Below, piece by piece: positions 9,585 through 17,878 of a stretch of 35,415 nucleotides of DNA. The translations under genes and the position numbers were made by a program. Under the pieces are notes generated by a model. It worked only from the letters and a program-made list of their open reading frames with translations, was not told the origin of the DNA and did no database searches. Origin of the DNA: Chthoniobacteraceae bacterium (GTDB taxonomy: Bacteria > Verrucomicrobiota > Verrucomicrobiia > Chthoniobacterales > Chthoniobacteraceae); the NCBI GenBank assembly GCA_040081625.1, contig JBEBGD010000058.1, positions 1-35,415 on the forward strand, written 5' to 3'. Every line of letters starts with the position of its first letter. Position 1 is the first letter of the stretch.

Positions 9585-10601
9585 CTACTCGATCCACCGC
9601 TCGCGGCGCGCAGCCGCGTCGATGAAGCGGCCCATCAGATCATTCGCCGCGGCGTTCGGATGCGCATCCTCGGGCGACACCCAGAATCGCCTCGGATCGC
9701 CATCGCCGGGAAAGGCCGGCAGCAGATCGAGCACGGGCACGCCGTGCGCGCGCCCCGCTTCCGCCACCAGCGTGTGCAGCGGCTCGAACTCGTAGCTCCC
9801 CGGCAGCGTGTGCAGCTCGGGCTGGAGCAGCAGACGCAGCGGAATCCCGCGCGCGCCGCACAGCGCCGCCAGCTCGCCGATCGCGTCCTGGCATTTCCGC
9901 CAGCCGGGCTGCGCGGGTTCGTAGAGCGAATTGTAGTAGTCGCGGTAGGTCCGTTGCGCGCCGACGTTGCGCGTGAGGCTGTCGAAGTTCGTCGTGATCC
10001 ACACGTAGCCGTAGGAGCGATACGCGAGCCAGTTGCGGCTCGGCCGCGGCGTCGGCTCGGCGTCGTTGATATACCAGCAGAGCAGCACCAGATCGGGATC
10101 GAGCGCGAGCCAGCGCTCCTTGAACGACGCGACTTCCTGCGCCGTGTTGTAGTTGCCGACGCCCGTGTTCAGCACCTCGTAGCGCCGCCACTTCGCCGAC
10201 GGCGGATTCTCGTTAAACGCACGCTCGATCACCTTCGGATACACCGCATCCTGCGGCACGCCCCAGCCGAACGTCGTCGAGTCGCCGAGCACCACGACGC
10301 GATACGTGCCCGCGGGTTTCGTCGCGGCGATCTCGCGGTCGCGCAAGCCGAGCGAGTTGATCTTCACCTCCGCGCCCATGAGGAAGGCCTGCGCGCCCGG
10401 CTGGTGCCGGTGCGACAGCGCCTCGTTGTCGGCGGGCATCTTCACCGACCGCGCGTATTTCCACATCTCGATCCCGAAGTGCATGCTCGGTCGCGAGTAG
10501 ATGATCCGCGCCGCCACCTCGATCGCGGCGAGCGCCACGACCACGGTCGCGCCGAGCACGACCACACGGGCGATCAGCGCGACCTTTTGCTTTCGATTCA
10601 T
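9585..10601 (-). CDS. Membrane-anchored SGNH/GDSL hydrolase family protein
   Basis: Single N-terminal TM; INSLGLRD, VLGDSTTFGWG, NTGVGNY, WYINDA, EDAHPN (Ser-Gly-Asn-His blocks intact). Confidence 0.88.
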   Translation of the reverse strand: MNRKQKVALIARVVVLGATVVVALAAIEVAARIIYSRPSMHFGIEMWKYARSVKMPADNEALSHRHQPGAQAFLMGAEVKINSLGLRDREIAATKPAGTYRVVVLGDSTTFGWGVPQDAVYPKVIERAFNENPPSAKWRRYEVLNTGVGNYNTAQEVASFKERWLALDPDLVLLCWYINDAEPTPRPSRNWLAYRSYGYVWITTNFDSLTRNVGAQRTYRDYYNSLYEPAQPGWRKCQDAIGELAALCGARGIPLRLLLQPELHTLPGSYEFEPLHTLVAEAGRAHGVPVLDLLPAFPGDGDPRRFWVSPEDAHPNAAANDLMGRFIDAAARRERWIE

Positions 10602-10610
10602 CGTGCCCGG

Positions 10611-10639
10611 CGGCTACCGGCCTGCGCGCGCAGTGTCAA
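10611..10639 (-). promoter_or_regulatory. Putative sigma70 promoter for the SGNH gene (TTGACA-N17-TAGCCG)
   Basis: Perfect -35 TTGACA (10639-10634, minus strand), 17-nt spacer, TA-initial -10 ending 9 nt before ATG 10601. Confidence 0.5.
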
Positions 10640-10702
10640 GGGACGCATTGCCCGTTGAACCGCCGCAGTCCCGCGCTAAGACACGCCCAGCCCTCCAGCC
10701 AC

Positions 10703-10900
10703 ATGAGCGACGATCCGAAAAAATCCTTTGAGCAAGCCGCCGACGAAAAGCCCGAAAGCCTCGTCCGCGAAATCGTCGAGATGCTCCGGCACAACAAGAA
10801 GTGGTGGATGATCCCGATCCTCGTCGTGCTGCTGCTCTTCGGTGCGCTGCTGATCCTCGGCTCCACCGGCGCCGCGCCCTTCATCTACACGCTGTTCTGA
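10703..10900 (+). CDS. DUF5989 / SxtK-like small membrane peptide (65 aa)
   Basis: MSDDPKKSFEQAADEKPESLVREIVEMLRHNKKWWMIPILVVLLLFGALLILGSTGAAPFIYTLF. KKWWxxP-TM-APFIYTLF is the family signature. Confidence 0.9.
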   Translation: MSDDPKKSFEQAADEKPESLVREIVEMLRHNKKWWMIPILVVLLLFGALLILGSTGAAPFIYTLF

Positions 10901-11823
10901 ACGATCGCTGCCTGCTCTGCGACGGTCGCGAACTGCGCGTGCTGTGGACGATCACCGGGCGCGAGTTGCGCACGCTCTTCGCCGTCACGGGTTCGCAACA
11001 TTCCGACGCAGCGTTCGGCGCGATCACTCCCGATTTCCGCGTCGAACTCTTCGAGTGCGCCGCGTGCGGCTTCCAGTTCTTCGACCCGGCGCTCGCGGGC
11101 TCCGGCGAGTTTTACGCGGAAGCAGATCCCGGCACCTACTACGCGGCAAAGCGCCCGGAGTTCGATGTCGCGCTGCGGTTCGCCCGCGAGCGCGGACTGA
11201 AAACCGTGCTCGATGTCGGCGGAGGCGATGGCGCCTTCCTCGACGTGGCGCGCGAGGCTGGGATGCAGACTCATGGCATCGAGCTGAATCCAAAAGCCGC
11301 TGCTGCCGCTGCTGCGAAAGGTCACACGATGCTCGGCAAGCCATTCGCGGAGATCGATCCCGGCGATCTCGGCGGCGGAGTCGAACTGATGACGTTCTTT
11401 CACGTCGTCGAGCACGTCCCAGATCCGCGCCGCTTCCTCGGCGAAGCGCAACGTCTCGTGAAGCCCGGCGGATTCCTGATGATCGCGCTGCCCAACCGCG
11501 CCGGCATCGGCCGCCTGCTGCCCTACGACCCCGCGAACATGCCGCCGCATCACATCTCGCGCTGGCGCCGCACGGACCTCGCGCGACTCGCCGCCGCGTG
11601 CGACCTTCGCGTCGTCTCGATCGGCGGCGAAGTGCTCCACGGTCGTGAGATCGAAAACTTCTGGCTCCTGCACAACCGCCTCGCCCTCGCGATCGGTCGC
11701 CCGCCGCGCGCTGGCGGCGCGTGGCTGCCGCGCCTCCTCTCGCTGCTCTATCGCAAGCTCGGCTGCCGCTTCTACCTCCCGCGCCGGGGGTTCAGCATTT
11801 ACGCGATCTTGCAGCGCCCGTAG
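10897..11823 (+). CDS. Class I SAM-dependent methyltransferase with N-terminal Zn-ribbon (start uncertain)
   Basis: CLLC...CAAC, VLDVGGGDG, GIELN, FHVVEHVPDP, KPGG, PPHHI. Start is either CTG 10897 (CTGA overlap) or GTG 10801/10939. Confidence 0.85.
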   Translation: MNDRCLLCDGRELRVLWTITGRELRTLFAVTGSQHSDAAFGAITPDFRVELFECAACGFQFFDPALAGSGEFYAEADPGTYYAAKRPEFDVALRFARERGLKTVLDVGGGDGAFLDVAREAGMQTHGIELNPKAAAAAAAKGHTMLGKPFAEIDPGDLGGGVELMTFFHVVEHVPDPRRFLGEAQRLVKPGGFLMIALPNRAGIGRLLPYDPANMPPHHISRWRRTDLARLAAACDLRVVSIGGEVLHGREIENFWLLHNRLALAIGRPPRAGGAWLPRLLSLLYRKLGCRFYLPRRGFSIYAILQRP

Positions 11824-11833
11824 AAGAGCGCCG

Positions 11834-12535
11834 ATGGGCCGGACCGAACTCACCGCAGCACTTCGCGCACTTTACGCCGACACCGCCTTTGCGCCGCGAA
11901 GCTGGACGGACCGCGCCGACGCGGCGTTCATCGCGATCCATCTCATCGAGCGGAGCATCGCCGCGCTCGCGCCACGGCTGAGCGGGGAAGTGCTCGACGC
12001 TGGCTGCGGGCGGCAGCCGTATCGCGATTACTTCCCGCACGCTGCCCGCGTGGTCGGCTGCGACCGCGTGAGCGATCGTGGAACGCCGGACCTCATCGGC
12101 ACCGCGGACGCCATCCCCGCGCCCGACTCGAGCTTCGACTCGATCCTCTGCACCGAGGTGCTCGAACACGTGCCCGATCCGCTGGCGGTGTGGCGCGAGT
12201 TTCATCGCGTGCTCCGGCCCGGCGGGCGCGTGTTGCTGACGACGCCGGCGTATTGGCCGCCGCACGAACAGCCGCACGACTACTACCGCTACACCGAGCA
12301 CGGGCTACTTCATCTCGCGACCACGGCCGGCTTCGCGGTCGAGGAGCTCTGGCCGCGCGGCGGAATGTGGGCCTTCCTCGGGCAGGCGGCGATGCACGTG
12401 TGCGGCCACTACCTTCCGTTTCGCCCGATGCGCAGCGGGTGGAACCGGATGTGGCTGCGCATCGATCGCGCTCGGCTGAACCCGATGATCACGCTCGGCT
12501 GGACGATTCTCGCGGTTAAGGCGCCAGCCGCTTGA
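11834..12535 (+). CDS. Class I SAM-dependent methyltransferase (Methyltransf_11-like)
   Basis: Start ATG 11834 (MGRTEL); VLDAGCG, FDSILCTEVLEHVPDP, RVLRPGG, HEQPHDYYRYT. Confidence 0.9.
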   Translation: MGRTELTAALRALYADTAFAPRSWTDRADAAFIAIHLIERSIAALAPRLSGEVLDAGCGRQPYRDYFPHAARVVGCDRVSDRGTPDLIGTADAIPAPDSSFDSILCTEVLEHVPDPLAVWREFHRVLRPGGRVLLTTPAYWPPHEQPHDYYRYTEHGLLHLATTAGFAVEELWPRGGMWAFLGQAAMHVCGHYLPFRPMRSGWNRMWLRIDRARLNPMITLGWTILAVKAPAA

Positions 12536-13703
12536 GCACGCGGCGCACGCCGCGCGCCCATCCGCTGAACATCCAGCCCAGCCCGATCGGTCGCGGGATT
12601 TTCACGCGCTCCGGCCACGGGCTGCGCGCGACGTTCGCGGCGAGCGCGAGGTAATCCGCCGTCATCCTTCGCGCGCTGAATCGCGTCCGCGCGAATTCCG
12701 ACGCCGCGCGCGAGAGCGCCGCGAGTCGCGCGGGATCGGCGGCGAGGCCGCGCAGCGCGGCGGCTGCGGCATCGACATCGCCGACCGGCACACGCACGCC
12801 GCAACCCTCCGGAACCGCCTCCGCGATGCCGCTCGGCAGATCGGAAACCACGGGCACGACGCCCTCCCCCATCGCCTCGAGCAGGCTCAGCGGCAGGCCT
12901 TCGTAATCCGAGAGCAGCACGAAAACATCGTGCTCGCGCAGGATGCCCGCGACGCGCTCGTTAGGCACCGCACCGGTCATCGTCACGGAACCGAGTGGCG
13001 CCGTCTGCGCGCGCATCCCGGCCTCCTGCGGACCGCTGCCGACGAGCGTGAAACGGATCGGCGCGCCGGGCGCGTCGACCTTCCGCGCGAGCGCCGCGAG
13101 GCGGCTCACGCGCTTCTGTTCCTCGATCATGCGGCCGAGATAAATCACCCGCAGCGGATCCGCCTCCGATCGTTCGGGACGAGCGACCGCTTCCGCGAAA
13201 TCGATGCCGTAAGGAATGGAGTGGACCGGCTTGCCCGCGAACTCCGGCATCGCGCGCAGCGCCGCGCACACTTGCTCCGACACGCCGACCATCGCATCCA
13301 CCCACGGCGCGTAGCGCGCAGCGACCGCATACGTGCCGGGCTCGTGCGACTGGATGACGCCGATCCGCCGCACGCCCGGCGGCGCGAGCCTGAGCAACTC
13401 GAAGCCTTCCGACCCGAGACACGCGATCACACACGCCGGTTGCAGCGGCGCGACCTGCCGGTAGGCCCACGCGATCCGGTCCTCATAGATCATCCCGCGC
13501 GCATCGACGGTCCACACGTCGGCGCCGAGCCGCTCGAAGTCGGCGCGGTGTTCGTTTGGTTCCGAAAACGAGACGACGACCGGCATCGGCTCGCCGAGCG
13601 CCCGCGCGCCTCGCAGCAGGTTGAGCAGAAAAGTCGTCGAGCCGCCGAGCAACAGTCCGCCTGTGATGGCGGCGAGTGGAGACGTGGGCGCGGGATCGGG
13701 CAT
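12516..13703 (-). CDS. GT4 family glycosyltransferase
   Basis: Likely start MPDPAP at 13703; LGGSTT, IPYGID, YLGRMIEEQKRV, LSDYEGLPLSLLEAM (E-x7-E). Confidence 0.9.
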   Translation of the reverse strand: MPDPAPTSPLAAITGGLLLGGSTTFLLNLLRGARALGEPMPVVVSFSEPNEHRADFERLGADVWTVDARGMIYEDRIAWAYRQVAPLQPACVIACLGSEGFELLRLAPPGVRRIGVIQSHEPGTYAVAARYAPWVDAMVGVSEQVCAALRAMPEFAGKPVHSIPYGIDFAEAVARPERSEADPLRVIYLGRMIEEQKRVSRLAALARKVDAPGAPIRFTLVGSGPQEAGMRAQTAPLGSVTMTGAVPNERVAGILREHDVFVLLSDYEGLPLSLLEAMGEGVVPVVSDLPSGIAEAVPEGCGVRVPVGDVDAAAAALRGLAADPARLAALSRAASEFARTRFSARRMTADYLALAANVARSPWPERVKIPRPIGLGWMFSGWARGVRRVLKRLAP

Positions 13704-13792
13704 GCGGATGCGCACGATGCAAAACCTCGCGCTGCGGCACAATGGAGATTGCCGGTGCGCATCGCACTCCGTATGTCTGCCGCACGCCCCGC

Positions 13793-15331
13793 TTGAAAGA
13801 CCGTCTGCGCCGATGGCTCCAGCAAAACCGCACCTCAACGCGCCTCGGCGTGGTGTTGCAGGCAGCCCTGCGCATCGCGGCGAGCCTGCTCGCGCTTGTC
13901 TGGACGCCGCTGCTGCTCGGCGCGATGGGCACGGCGCGCTACGGCTTGTTTCTCAGCTTCCAATCCGTCGCCGCACTCGGTGGCCTCGGTGATTTCGGCC
14001 TCGGTGGCGCGATCTCGCTTCGCACCAGCCGGCACCTCGGCGCGCAGGATCATTCCGCGCTCGATCGCTTTCTCGCCACCGCGCGCGGCGCGTTTCTACT
14101 GCTCGCCTGCATCGGCCTCGTCGTTTTCCTCGCGCTCTCGCCGGTGCTGCCGTCGGCGCTGGGCTTCGAGCCGCTGCCCGGCGCGGGCTCGCTGCCGCTG
14201 CTGTTTGCGACCGGCAGCTTCGCGATCTGGCTGCTCATCGCGTCGAGCTACATCAACAACCTCAACTACGCCGCGCTGAACCTGAACTGGCAGGCGCTCC
14301 CCGCGTTCGTCGTCAGCCAGGCATCCATCCTCGCGCACATCTGGCTCGCGCAACGGAACGCGCCGCTCTCAGTGCAATACCTCACCTACATCGGCTCCTC
14401 GACGTGCTCGCTCGCACTCGGCTGGTGGGTGCTGCACAAGGCGCAGCCAGCACTCGCGCGATTGCGCCCGATGCGCCTCGAGTGGCCCATTCTCCGCCAG
14501 ATGCTCGCCGACAGCGCGTGGGTCTATGTGCTTGGGCTGGGAAATTTCGTCTATCTCACCGCCGACCGTCTCCTGATCAACGGCGGCATCGGCCCCGCCT
14601 TCGTGCCGGTCTATCAGCTCAACAACAAGCTCCCCGAACTCGCGCTGATGCTGATCGTCAGCCTCACCTACGTCGCCATGCCGAAACTCGCGCTCTGGCT
14701 CGGCTCCGGTCGCGACGACGATCGCCGTCGCACCGAGACCGAGGCGCAACGCCTCAATCTCATCGAGACGCTGCTCGGGCTCGCCGCGGCGTTCGGATAC
14801 CTCGTGATCAACGACGCATTCATCCGGCTGTGGCTGGGCGACTCGATGAGCGCGCCGCTGAGCTGGCAGATCGCCTTCGCCGCGAGCCTCGCGATCACGA
14901 TCGGATCAAACGTCGGCATCCAGCTCAGCACCCGCGTCAACGAACGCGGACTGCGCTTCGTCGGCATCGTGATCGGGCTGACGGCGCTCCTCAACTTCGC
15001 GCTATCCTTCGCCGCGATGCGCGCCGGCAGCATCCTCGGTATCGCGGCGGCGACCGTGCTCGCGCAATCGCTGATGACGCTCACGATCAGCCGCTACCTT
15101 TGCGGGCGACTCGGCCTCGCGTGGGCGCGATGGGCGGCGCGCTGCTGGCTCGTGCCCGTCGTCGCGGTGGCGGCTGTCGCCGCGGTGCGCTGGCACCACG
15201 GCTGGGCGGTCACTTCCGCTGCGGCGATCGGGATCTGGCTCGCGAGCGCGTGGCTGCTCGGGCTGCGGCCCGCGCTCATTCGCGCCGAGTGGGAAGTGTG
15301 GCGCGGCATCCTCGGGCGCGGCCGGAAGTGA
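13793..15331 (+). CDS. wzx: Wzx-type polysaccharide flippase (MOP/MATE superfamily)
   Basis: About 14 TM segments; TPLLLGAMGTARYGLF, DFGLG, ADRLLI, FIRLWLG. Start is TTG 13793 or ATG 13742; the 13676 start overlaps the divergent GT4. Confidence 0.8.
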   Translation: MKDRLRRWLQQNRTSTRLGVVLQAALRIAASLLALVWTPLLLGAMGTARYGLFLSFQSVAALGGLGDFGLGGAISLRTSRHLGAQDHSALDRFLATARGAFLLLACIGLVVFLALSPVLPSALGFEPLPGAGSLPLLFATGSFAIWLLIASSYINNLNYAALNLNWQALPAFVVSQASILAHIWLAQRNAPLSVQYLTYIGSSTCSLALGWWVLHKAQPALARLRPMRLEWPILRQMLADSAWVYVLGLGNFVYLTADRLLINGGIGPAFVPVYQLNNKLPELALMLIVSLTYVAMPKLALWLGSGRDDDRRRTETEAQRLNLIETLLGLAAAFGYLVINDAFIRLWLGDSMSAPLSWQIAFAASLAITIGSNVGIQLSTRVNERGLRFVGIVIGLTALLNFALSFAAMRAGSILGIAAATVLAQSLMTLTISRYLCGRLGLAWARWAARCWLVPVVAVAAVAAVRWHHGWAVTSAAAIGIWLASAWLLGLRPALIRAEWEVWRGILGRGRK

Positions 15332-16498
15332 TCACCGCGGGATCAGTCCGCGCTCGCGCAGTTGGGAAAGGAACGCGCTCTCGAAGACCGCAAACGACAG
15401 AGCGGAAACGTCGATCAAACTCTCCGGCGGCGCAGCGGCAGCCGTGATTTTTTCGCCCCACGCAAGCACCGCAGCCGCGATCGCCTGCGCGTCGCGGATC
15501 GGCACGATGCTCCCGCTCCGCTCCGGCACGACGAGGTCCGCGGCGCCGGTGTTCGGCGTTACGATCACCGGCAGCCCGCACGCCATCGCCTCCGCGACGG
15601 TGCGACCGAATCCATCCTCGAGCGACGGGAGCACGAACACGTCCGCACTCCGCAGCCGCGCGGCGAGTTGCGCGTGCGGCAGGCCTGGCGACCACTCGAT
15701 CGGCAGGTCGGCGAACTTTTTCATCACACCTTCCATGCTCGAGTGCATCGGCGCGGTGAGCAGCAGCCGCGCATCCGGGCGCGCGCGGCGGACGATGCGA
15801 AAGGCTTCGAGCAAATACGGCGCGCCTTTGCGCAGCGAGGGCATGCCGGTCGAGATCAGCGTCAGCGGGCGATCGGCGGGGCGCGGCGTCGTGGCAGGGC
15901 GGAAGCAGTCGAGATCGAGCGGATACACGTTCGACAGAATCTGCTCCGGCTTGAAACCGCGCTCGAGAAAAGAGCGCGTCACATACGCGCTCGGCGAGAG
16001 CACGAAGTCCACATCCTCCATCATCGCGACGGAGCGCTCGTAGTGGTGCGGCGCGAAGGGCGGATGCGGGCAACCCCACCGCCGATGCTCCCCGCTCACG
16101 ACCGACCAGAAATTCTCGGGATGCGAATTGCCCCCGTCGAGAAAGGTGCGACCGCCGTGTTCGCGCACGCGGCGGAAGCTCGCATTCGCGTAGCCGTAGC
16201 TGGAGATGACGTGATCGCCGGGCGTGATCTGCCGGCACACCCATCGATCGAACCACGGATGCAGGCGGAAGCGCAGCGACTCGCCCCGATAGGTGGAAAA
16301 ATACCGGCCGAAGACGTAGGTCGCCGCGCCGATGGCTGGATTGAGCCGCGTGTGTTCCGGCGGCACGCCGACGATGCCGCGGCGCGTGCCGAGCGCGATG
16401 AAGCGAAGCCGGCCCGCGCGCTCGAGCACCCGCGCATTGTCGTCGCACACGGAACGGCCCGGCGTCGCGATGATGAACTTTCCGGATTCCGCGCTCAT
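15332..16498 (-). CDS. GT4 family glycosyltransferase
   Basis: LSPSAYVTRSF, SLRKGAPYLLEAF, ADVFVLPSLEDGFGRTVAEAMACGLPVI. Confidence 0.92.
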   Translation of the reverse strand: MSAESGKFIIATPGRSVCDDNARVLERAGRLRFIALGTRRGIVGVPPEHTRLNPAIGAATYVFGRYFSTYRGESLRFRLHPWFDRWVCRQITPGDHVISSYGYANASFRRVREHGGRTFLDGGNSHPENFWSVVSGEHRRWGCPHPPFAPHHYERSVAMMEDVDFVLSPSAYVTRSFLERGFKPEQILSNVYPLDLDCFRPATTPRPADRPLTLISTGMPSLRKGAPYLLEAFRIVRRARPDARLLLTAPMHSSMEGVMKKFADLPIEWSPGLPHAQLAARLRSADVFVLPSLEDGFGRTVAEAMACGLPVIVTPNTGAADLVVPERSGSIVPIRDAQAIAAAVLAWGEKITAAAAPPESLIDVSALSFAVFESAFLSQLRERGLIPR

Positions 16499-17661
16499 CG
16501 GCTCGCGAGGATCTCCCGGTAAAGTTCGCGATGCCTCGCGACCATCGCGTCGGCGAGCATCCCGCGTTCGACGATGGACGGGCGCGCACGTGCGCCGAGC
16601 CGTGCTCGCAGCTCCGCGTCCGTGATCAACCGATCGAGTGCATCCGCCAGCGCACCGGCGTCGCCCTTCGGCACGAGCAGCCCGTTGTCGCCATCGGCGA
16701 TCAACTCGGGAATACCTCCCGCGTCGCTGCCGATCGCGGGGCAGCCTTCAAAGAGCGCTTCCTGCAGCGCGCGGCCGAGCGCTTCCTCGAGCGACGGCTG
16801 CACGTAGATCCCGGCGGTGCGCATCAGCTCGATCGCGTCGTCACGGCTCCCGGATAGCTGCACACGCGCCCGCAACCCGGCGCGCTCGATCATCGCGCGG
16901 ACGCGCTCGACCGAGGCCGCGTCGTCGTGCGGCCCGACGAGTTGGAGCTGCCACTGCGGATGGCGCGTCGCGATGCGCGCAAACGCATCGACGAGCACGT
17001 GCTGGCCTTTGCGATGTGCGAGGTGACCGACGTTGAGGATCGTCGTCGATCGAGCCGCCGTCGGCGACTCGGTCCCGAGGCTGAGCCGCGAGTGGTAAAT
17101 CTGCCGAAAGCGGCCCGCGAGCGGCGCATACCAGCGGCGCAGCCGCGCCTCGTCGAACCGCGAAACCGCGATCTCCGCGCGCGCGTGCCGCAGCGCGCCG
17201 AGCTTCCCCAGCCACGCGACCGGCAGCAGCGCGAGCTTGAACCAAAGCGGCTTCTGCGGTCCGCAGAAACCGTCGAGCAGCGAGACGGTGAGATGCACCG
17301 TGCTGCAAACCGCGATCCCCGCCTTGGCCGCGAAACCAAACGGCGACTGCCCGGGAAAGCGAATGCCCCAGCCGAAGACACCGCCGAGATGGAAGTGCGC
17401 AAGGTCGCAGCCTTCCGCCACCAGCCGCTCGACGAGCGCGCGCGAGGTCGCGGTGGAAACTTCGCCGGGGTTCCAATCCAGGTGCCGTGCGACCAGCGAC
17501 GCGACGGGATGCTCCGCCAGATCCCGCGCGTCATCGGGCGAGACGAGCACGATGCGAAACTCGTCCGCGAGTCCGGCGATGAGCGTCTCGACCAGCACGC
17601 TCACACCGCCGCGCATCGCGAGCGGGTATTCGAGGCAGAGCGCGAGTGTGGGCGGAGGCAT
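16495..17661 (-). CDS. GT4 family glycosyltransferase
   Basis: RGGVS, NVGHLAHRKGQHVL, QPSLEEALGRALQEALFEGCPAIGSDAGGIPE; ATGA overlap with the downstream GT4. Confidence 0.92.
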   Translation of the reverse strand: MPPPTLALCLEYPLAMRGGVSVLVETLIAGLADEFRIVLVSPDDARDLAEHPVASLVARHLDWNPGEVSTATSRALVERLVAEGCDLAHFHLGGVFGWGIRFPGQSPFGFAAKAGIAVCSTVHLTVSLLDGFCGPQKPLWFKLALLPVAWLGKLGALRHARAEIAVSRFDEARLRRWYAPLAGRFRQIYHSRLSLGTESPTAARSTTILNVGHLAHRKGQHVLVDAFARIATRHPQWQLQLVGPHDDAASVERVRAMIERAGLRARVQLSGSRDDAIELMRTAGIYVQPSLEEALGRALQEALFEGCPAIGSDAGGIPELIADGDNGLLVPKGDAGALADALDRLITDAELRARLGARARPSIVERGMLADAMVARHRELYREILASR

Positions 17662-17734
17662 CGGGCGGCCGGATGCTAGTCGCGCCGCGCAAATTGGCTA
17701 TGCCGAAGCGCGCACGCCGTTCTAGCGTGCCGCC

Positions 17735-17878
17735 ATGTCGCCGACGGGCTTCGTGAATTCCTTCATCCACCGTGCTCGCGCCCGCCGTGCGCCGGCCACG
17801 GTGCTGCGCGCCGCTGCGCTCTTCGCCGTGGAGATCGACCCCGCCAACCGCAACCGGGGATTCGAGCGGATCGCATGA
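17735..17878 (+). CDS. Putative 47-aa small ORF coupled to downstream GT4
   Basis: MSPTGFVNSFIHRARARRAPATVLRAAALFAVEIDPANRNRGFERIA*. Third positions are mostly G/C, TAGCGT -10-like hexamer lies 6 nt upstream, and the stop overlaps the GT4 start (ATGA 17875-17878). Confidence 0.4.
   Translation: MSPTGFVNSFIHRARARRAPATVLRAAALFAVEIDPANRNRGFERIA

Noticed and set aside
9585..10900. Saxitoxin biosynthesis, given the SxtK-like and SxtL-like genes
   Set aside because: No sxtA, sxtG, sxtI or other pathway genes; these families are widespread outside toxin clusters.
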